Assembly: GCA_964510885.1 (NCBI GenBank) | Contig: CAZEDL010000007.1 | Coordinates: forward strand, 13,999 to 77,998 | Reading direction: 5' to 3' | DNA from: an uncultured Gammaproteobacteria bacterium | GTDB taxonomy: Bacteria > Patescibacteriota > Patescibacteriia > Magasanikbacterales > GWA2-37-8 | Length of the DNA: 64,000 nt | Shown here: positions 56,702 to 64,000 of the stretch, in pieces | Numbering within the stretch: position 1 is the stretch's first letter | Layout: every line of letters begins with the position of its first letter | Made by a program: the position numbers and the translations under genes | Notes under the pieces: generated by a model | What the model saw: only the letters and a program-made list of their open reading frames with translations | Told to the model about the DNA's origin: nothing | Database searches by the model: none

Positions 56702-59485
56702 TTACAAAAACCGTCCTGTCCAACTCGTCTTAACCTTCTTAACCTCTTCCGGTGTTCCCACCGCCACAATCTCCCCTCCCCCATTCCCACCCTCCGGACC
56801 AAGATCAATCACCCAATCACTGGAACGAATCACATCCACATTATGTTCAATAATGACAACACTGTTCCCCTTATCAACCAACTGTCCAAGCACCTGGAGC
56901 AACCGCTTAATATCTTCGAAATGAAGCCCAGTGGTCGGTTCGTCCAAAATATACAGCGTCTTACTGGTCGCATGGCGCGATAATTCCAGTGACAATTTAA
57001 TACGCTGCGCCTCACCGCCAGACAAAGTCGTAGCCGGCTGCCCGAGTTCAATATACCCAAGGCCAACATCACGCAAGACATTCAATTTTTCCGCGATTGG
57101 CGACAGGTCGCGGAAGAAAGCATACGCTTCTTCCACCGTCATTTTCAACACGTCACTAATATTTTTATTGCGATAATGAATTTCGAGCGCCTCACGATTA
57201 TAGCGTTTACCCTGGCATTCGGCGCACTCCACATACACATCAGCCAAAAATTGCATCGGGATGCGGATATACCCATCCCCCGAACAGGCTTCACAGCGCC
57301 CACCACCTTTGACATTAAAGCTGAATTTGCCAGCATCATAGCCGCGCATCCGCGCTTCGGGCAGCGAAGCAAACAAGTCACGGATCAAATTAAAGATACC
57401 GGTATAGGTCGCCGGATTACTGCGCGGCGTGCGCCCGATTGGGCTCTGATCGATGCTAATTACTTTATCAATTTGGGACAATCCTTTGATCGCTTTGTGG
57501 GCGCCCGGCTCTTCTTTGGCGCGATAAAAATATTTAGCCAACGCCTTACTTAAAATATCAATAATCAATGTTGATTTACCTGATCCGGACACACCAGTAA
57601 TCGATACCAGTTTGTTAAGGGGAATATCGACATCGATATTTTTTAGGTTATGCGCACTCGCACCAACAATTGTCAGACATGGCTGAGCCGCGCCCTTTTT
57701 GACCGACTTCTTCTTGCGAGTAATCGTAGCCTTACCCCACAGATATTCAGCCGTTAGAGATTGTTTAGATTTCTTAAATTCAGCAATCGTACCTTGCGCC
57801 ACCACCTGCCCGCCATACACGCCGGCACCCGGCCCGATATCGATGATATAATCCGCTTCGTACATCATAGCTGCATCATGCTCCACCACAATCACCGAAT
57901 TCCCAAGCTCCATCAGATACCGAAGCGTAGCCACCAGCTTTTCATTATCTCGCGGGTGCAGGCCAACCGACGGTTCATCAAGAATATAAATCACGCCGGT
58001 CAGACCAGATGACAATTGGGTAGCCAAGCGGACACGCGTAATTTCACCACCCGACAAAGTGTTCATCGCCCGATCAAGATTCAAATACCCAAGGCCGACC
58101 CGCTCTAAATTCGTCAGCCGCGGCGTCATTTCTTTCACAATCGAAATAGCAATCGGCGACTTACAATCTTTCATCTTTGCTTTAATCGTGGCAATAATCT
58201 CGGTGATGCTCATGGCCGCAATATCCGAAATGGTTAAATCACCAATCCGAACGGCGAGCGATTCAGCGCGCAGGCGTTTGCCTTGGCATACCGAGCACAC
58301 CTTCTCGCGCATATACTGCTCAATCTCTTTGCGCACATATTCAGAACTAGTCTCCAGATGTTTCGCCATCAGGTCAGGAATCACGCCCGAGAACACCACC
58401 TTGCGCCCATCCACCTCATACGATTCTTCGCCTGATCCATACAAAATAACATTTAAAATTTTCGGCGACAGATCCATCACCGGGGTCTGCAATGAAAACT
58501 GATGGCGTTCGGCCACGGCCGCCAATATTTTTTGATACTGCTGATGATTGCCAGTGATGCGCGTCCACGGCTGAATGGCACCTTCCGCCAGCGTGAGGCG
58601 CATATTGGGTATCACGAGGGCGGCATCCACTTCCATAGTAATCCCGAGCCCTGTGCAGCGCTGGCAAGCCCCATAGGGGCTATTAAAGCTAAAACTACGC
58701 AAATCTAATACTGGCAGGCTGCGCCCGCAGCGACTACATAATCCAACCGTAGAAAACAAAGTGTCTTCGCCATCGCGCGACACCACCACGAGCCCATCAC
58801 TGAGATCAATCGCTGATTCAATCAGCCGATTCGGATCCTGCTTTTTTACCGAAGCAATCCGGCCAATTAATAAATCCACAGTATAGGTGGATTGCTTATC
58901 AAAATGATACCCGGGCAGATCATTGATCTTCACTAGCTCACCATCAATCCGGAGCCATTCAAAACCCGATTTTTCTACTTGTTCTATCAGCGCTCGCTCG
59001 TCGACTGCTCCCTGGCGGATAAGCGGTGAATACACGGCCAATTCGCCACCCCGCGCCAAGGCACGCACCGCTTCAGTGATCTCTCCGGCCGTTTTAGTCT
59101 CGACTAAAATATGGCAATCCGGACAATACTGCGTACCCACCCGCGCAAAGAGCAAGCGCAAGTAATCATAAATTTCCGTCACCGTTCCCACCGTGGAGCG
59201 CGGATTCTGGGTGAAAACTTTTTGATCAATCGCAATAGTCGGCGACAACCCCTCCATCGCATCCACGTCCGGCTTATCCCGCGTTTCCATAAATTGCCGC
59301 GCATAGCTCGACAATGATTCAGCATAGCGCCGCTGGCCTTCGGCATAGATCGTGTCGAACGCCAAACTTGATTTACCTGATCCGGACAAACCAGTGATCA
59401 CCACTAATTTATTCTTTGGGATAGTTAAACTGATATTTTTGAGGTTGTGCACCCGGGCTCCTTTGATAATGAGCTGTTCAGACAT
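56702..59485 (-). CDS. uvrA: Excinuclease ABC subunit UvrA
   Basis: Two Walker A motifs (GLSGSGKS, GVSGSGKS), zinc fingers, LSGGE signatures. Confidence 0.98.
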   Translation of the reverse strand: MSEQLIIKGARVHNLKNISLTIPKNKLVVITGLSGSGKSSLAFDTIYAEGQRRYAESLSSYARQFMETRDKPDVDAMEGLSPTIAIDQKVFTQNPRSTVGTVTEIYDYLRLLFARVGTQYCPDCHILVETKTAGEITEAVRALARGGELAVYSPLIRQGAVDERALIEQVEKSGFEWLRIDGELVKINDLPGYHFDKQSTYTVDLLIGRIASVKKQDPNRLIESAIDLSDGLVVVSRDGEDTLFSTVGLCSRCGRSLPVLDLRSFSFNSPYGACQRCTGLGITMEVDAALVIPNMRLTLAEGAIQPWTRITGNHQQYQKILAAVAERHQFSLQTPVMDLSPKILNVILYGSGEESYEVDGRKVVFSGVIPDLMAKHLETSSEYVRKEIEQYMREKVCSVCQGKRLRAESLAVRIGDLTISDIAAMSITEIIATIKAKMKDCKSPIAISIVKEMTPRLTNLERVGLGYLNLDRAMNTLSGGEITRVRLATQLSSGLTGVIYILDEPSVGLHPRDNEKLVATLRYLMELGNSVIVVEHDAAMMYEADYIIDIGPGAGVYGGQVVAQGTIAEFKKSKQSLTAEYLWGKATITRKKKSVKKGAAQPCLTIVGASAHNLKNIDVDIPLNKLVSITGVSGSGKSTLIIDILSKALAKYFYRAKEEPGAHKAIKGLSQIDKVISIDQSPIGRTPRSNPATYTGIFNLIRDLFASLPEARMRGYDAGKFSFNVKGGGRCEACSGDGYIRIPMQFLADVYVECAECQGKRYNREALEIHYRNKNISDVLKMTVEEAYAFFRDLSPIAEKLNVLRDVGLGYIELGQPATTLSGGEAQRIKLSLELSRHATSKTLYILDEPTTGLHFEDIKRLLQVLGQLVDKGNSVVIIEHNVDVIRSSDWVIDLGPEGGNGGGEIVAVGTPEEVKKVKTSWTGRFL

Positions 59486-59487
59486 AT

Positions 59488-60924
59488 TTAATCGTGTGAA
59501 ATGCCAAACTTTTTAAAATATACATCCTGATCTTTCTGAGTACTGCTTCCAAAAAACTGACTAATGTCGCTAATTTTTGCCGCTTCAATTTGCATAAGCA
59601 CGCCATCGCGGACATCTTCCACTTTCAAAAAATAACTATTGGGAATATCTTTCCAATGCTGAGCAAAAAAGAAATCGTCCCCTAAATCTTCACCCAACCT
59701 ACCAATAAAATGTCGTTGTCCTCGGCCAATATGGAAGCTCTCATTCATAAAAAAAGACACAACCAAACCCCGAAACGTACCACCCTTAACCTCACAATCT
59801 TTAACGGCTTTATCGAGTATGTCATTATCAACACTTACAACAAAATTTTGTAGTTTTTCATCTACATTTGAAGGCTTCAACCCAAGCGAAGCAATTGACG
59901 AATTAGTCATCGACACTGAAAAACTAGTAGTTTGCGTACAAATCCCGTAGAGATCACCGATACTATTGACAGGCGGATCATTCCATTCACGCGTAAGAAA
60001 ATCTGGAAATAATTCTTTGGCCAAAGAATTATGAGTTACCGTTATAAAAATATTGCCTTCTTGACAGCTATATTCATTACTGCGCGCATCAAAAAGACAT
60101 GATGAATTTTTATTCCCCTTACGGTCGCAATAATCACCCCAACATGTTTGCTTGCCTAAATCTTTTACATAAAAACGCTTACCACAATAAAAGTTACGCT
60201 CATTTTTATCTTCCGGCCTCTCATTGAAAAATGTTGCACTGTATCTAATATCCGACGGAGGATTTTCAATCGGCAGCGACTGCGCTTCGGTACCTCGCGC
60301 AAAAGCGAAACTTTGAAGATTCTTTATCTTATCTGACATTTGCGAACAAAATTTCGGCATAATTGCCTGTGGCTTCAGCATCCACACGCTCGGCAACCGG
60401 AAATTCACCAAATTGGGATTAATCGTATTGAGTATCACATACGACATGTAGGCAATAAACAGCCCAATCAGCGCGCCCCCAATCCGCGTCTTCGCACCGC
60501 TAATCACTTCAGAACTGCCTCCCGAAACTGCCCATTGGATCCCAGACACAATCAGCACAATTACCGCCACCACCCCCGCAAGGCCAATCGCATACCGGTA
60601 CATCTGTAGAATAAACACACCAAGATCAGCAAATTTGCGCTGGCCGCCAAACGAAATAGAGGTTACGGTTTGCCCACCCGGCAGACATTTACCCCACTCT
60701 TCACCCGGACAATTTTTCAGGTCCGGCACCCAGCCATCTTTTAAATCTTCGTCAGAAGCGTTCGGATTAAACGCGCGCCGAGAATCAACACAGTCATTTT
60801 TCTTCCAACACAGCGGATTAAACTCCGGTATAGGTATAAGCGGTTCCTGTGCCAATGCCAACCCTGGCAGCAGTGTGGCGAGCACTATACCCACCAAAAA
60901 ACCTGTCAAAATAAATCTCCGCAT
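59488..60924 (-). CDS. CPR pilin (TrbC/VirB2-like) domain protein with Cys-rich extensions
   Basis: Signal peptide; GLAGVVAVIVLIVSGIQW..SGG..AKTRI.GALIGL..SYVILNTINPNLV. Confidence 0.8.
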   Translation of the reverse strand: MRRFILTGFLVGIVLATLLPGLALAQEPLIPIPEFNPLCWKKNDCVDSRRAFNPNASDEDLKDGWVPDLKNCPGEEWGKCLPGGQTVTSISFGGQRKFADLGVFILQMYRYAIGLAGVVAVIVLIVSGIQWAVSGGSSEVISGAKTRIGGALIGLFIAYMSYVILNTINPNLVNFRLPSVWMLKPQAIMPKFCSQMSDKIKNLQSFAFARGTEAQSLPIENPPSDIRYSATFFNERPEDKNERNFYCGKRFYVKDLGKQTCWGDYCDRKGNKNSSCLFDARSNEYSCQEGNIFITVTHNSLAKELFPDFLTREWNDPPVNSIGDLYGICTQTTSFSVSMTNSSIASLGLKPSNVDEKLQNFVVSVDNDILDKAVKDCEVKGGTFRGLVVSFFMNESFHIGRGQRHFIGRLGEDLGDDFFFAQHWKDIPNSYFLKVEDVRDGVLMQIEAAKISDISQFFGSSTQKDQDVYFKKFGISHD

Positions 60925-60935
60925 AAAATGTAGAG

Positions 60936-61694
60936 CTAAAAACCTTGTAAAAATGTATCCCACACGGCAAATGGGATCACCCCTTCTACTTTTTCTCCGT
61001 TGATAAAAAAGGTCGGGGTCCCGCGCACGCCAAAGCGGGAACCATCCACATAATCACGATTCACTGCCGTACGTGCTGCCGGCGCTGCCAGACAGGCCGA
61101 CAACACAGCCCCATCAAGATCATTAGCCTCGACAATCTGGAGTTGGGTAGCCGCATCAAGCTGATCAGGCAAGATATCCTGCTTTGCAAACAACCAATCC
61201 TGCACCGGCCAATACTTGCCCTGAGCGCCAGCGCAATAAACCAATTCCGACAACTGCGAGGCTCCCGGATGGGTAGTCTCTACCGGAAAATGGCGCATAA
61301 TATATTTAATTTTAGTTGGGTATTTTTGCAAAATCTGTTTAATTATCGGGGCTGCCTCTCTGCAATTGGGGCATTTAAAGTCAGTAAACTCGACAATCGT
61401 AAGCGGCGCCCCGCCATTGCCCTGATACGGACTGCTTGTATTCTCCAAAATCGCCCGCTCTGTAGCAGATAGTACGGAAGTCCGCAGGCTGTCGGCTTGA
61501 TTCCCAGTACTAAAGCCGGCAAAAAGGCCCTGTGACAAGCCGGTAGACTGACCACTTCGGATGTCACGCCAAAATCGAGCTGTAATCAAGATGAACAAAA
61601 AAACGGCCGTCGCTACAAAGACTGCTAAAATTAGCAATAAAATCCCCCACCACCGCCAATACCATGAGCGAGGTACCGAGGTCATTTCCTCCAT
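60936..61694 (-). CDS. DsbA-family thiol-disulfide oxidoreductase
   Basis: EFTDFKCPNC, RHFP, GVRGTPTFFING; N-terminal TM. Confidence 0.93.
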   Translation of the reverse strand: MEEMTSVPRSWYWRWWGILLLILAVFVATAVFLFILITARFWRDIRSGQSTGLSQGLFAGFSTGNQADSLRTSVLSATERAILENTSSPYQGNGGAPLTIVEFTDFKCPNCREAAPIIKQILQKYPTKIKYIMRHFPVETTHPGASQLSELVYCAGAQGKYWPVQDWLFAKQDILPDQLDAATQLQIVEANDLDGAVLSACLAAPAARTAVNRDYVDGSRFGVRGTPTFFINGEKVEGVIPFAVWDTFLQGF

Positions 61695-61753
61695 ATTTAA
61701 GCGGTTAAAGAATGACCATAGTATACCATTCTACCCCATTTGGGCAAGGGTTA

Positions 61754-61782
61754 TTGACAGCCTCGGCCCGCTCTGCTATACT
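61754..61782 (+). promoter_or_regulatory. Sigma70 promoter for rpmE
   Basis: TTGACA-17 nt-TATACT with extended TG. Confidence 0.8.
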
Positions 61783-61843
61783 CGTCGTACCTAAATAAAG
61801 CCTCTATATTTTACTACTGGTGCCACCGGCATCATCGCTTATT

Positions 61844-62152
61844 ATGAAACCGAAGATCCATCCTGAATTTTATACTGATACCGCTGTCACCTGTGCCTGC
61901 GGCAATGCCTTTACCACCGGCAGCACCCTCAAAGAAATCCGCGTGGAATTATGCAGCCAGTGCCACCCGTTCTACACCGGTAAACAGAAATTTGTAGATA
62001 CCGCCCGCCGCGTCGAGAAATTCCAAGAAAAAGCCGAAAAAATTTCCGCAGCCGCTGCTATGCGCAAAGGTAAGAAGGTTAAGAAAGCCGCTTCAGTAGC
62101 CAAAAAGAAAGCTAAGGCTGAGACAAAAACAGACGTCGCTTCCGAAAAATAG
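61844..62152 (+). CDS. rpmE: 50S ribosomal protein L31 with Lys/Ala-rich tail
   Basis: [24 protein letters not shown]. Confidence 0.96.
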   Translation: MKPKIHPEFYTDTAVTCACGNAFTTGSTLKEIRVELCSQCHPFYTGKQKFVDTARRVEKFQEKAEKISAAAAMRKGKKVKKAASVAKKKAKAETKTDVASEK

Positions 62153-62231
62153 GTACCATCATCTAAAAAACAGACTACTCTTTTGGTCTGTTTTTTGTTA
62201 CATTTTAGGTGTCATTCCGAGATAAGACAAA

Positions 62232-63321
<1,090 letters not shown>

Positions 63322-63335
<14 letters not shown>

Positions 63336-64000
63336 ATCAAAAACCGAGAGCATTCGAGGTGTGCGGAACAGCTCGTTTTCAACCTTCAAACATCAGCTCG
63401 ATTTTGATGTTCTCTTGTCAGCGGCGCTTAAACGCTCCAAAGAGTTTCTCTACGCTCACGACGAATACTGCCTATCGGCGGCCGAAACTCGGCGCTTCAA
63501 ATCCTACCTAAAAGACTACACTAACGGTTACTCCCTGGCCGCCATTATCGGACATAAAGAATTTTATGGCCGGAATTTTTATGTTAATAAGCAGGTGCTT
63601 ATCCCCCGCCCCGACACCGAAATACTGGTCTTGGCCGCTATCACAAAAATTAATTCCCTGGCCGACAAAAACCTGACCCTGATTGATGTCGGCACCGGCA
63701 GCGGCTGTATTCCAATTTCTATAAAAAAAGAGGTGAACAAAAAAAATATCCCTACCATTGCAATTGATATTTCCCCGGCCGCCCTTACTATAGCCAAAAC
63801 TAACGCCAAGCAGCGCGCTACGAAAATATCATTTGTACAGGGCAGCCTGCTCTCGCCGGTACTTAGTACCACAAACAAAAAATTAAAATCTTCAACCATT
63901 ATTATCACCGCCAATCTCCCATACCTAACAGAAAAACAGCTCCGCTCCGAGCCCTCAATCCGGCGCGAACCCCGCCTCGCCCTCGTTGCCAAAGACCATG
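63322..64000 (+). CDS. prmC: Release factor glutamine methyltransferase (runs off window edge)
   Basis: Manual translation: [32 protein letters not shown]; follows prfA. Confidence 0.93.

Overview
Chromosomal window of a Patescibacteria (CPR) bacterium using genetic code 11. The Parcubacteria/ABY1-like assignment is inferred from gene content: archaeal-type PyrH, short EF-Ts and AspRS, a CPR pilin-domain protein, and housekeeping genes mostly without Shine-Dalgarno sites. Most of the window is housekeeping: rplJL, rpmB, ndk, valS-tyrS-argS, lower glycolysis (two gpmI, eno, pgk, gap), scpAB, aspS, rpsB-tsf, gyrB, secE-nusG-rplK, queA, mltG, rluD, gmk, rplS, uvrA, rpmE-prfA-prmC and two tRNAs. 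Highlights: (1) a six-gene operon (10189-17599) joining an Acg-type nitroreductase, a Leu/Phe/Val dehydrogenase, a PaaK-like adenylating ligase, an Rv1355c-type ThiF enzyme, an alpha/beta hydrolase and a 7TM histidine kinase, a candidate small-molecule make/destroy/sense system; (2) a four-helix-bundle gene enclosed by inverted 9-mer arrays, with 'empty' copies of the same stem at secE/nusG and nusG/rplK and a 7-mer analogue on both sides of one gpmI; (3) an unannotated ~134-nt rod-shaped ncRNA with its own promoter and terminator (6S-like); (4) a tRNA-Ile with a UAU anticodon; (5) several GC-rich single-gene inserts with their own promoters and SD sites, including a 46-aa membrane peptide and a Cys-rich secreted peptide; (6) a family of GTCAT..ATGAC REP-like repeats. 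No CRISPR, transposase, integrase or prophage was seen. All calls come from reading motifs by eye; no database searches were run.
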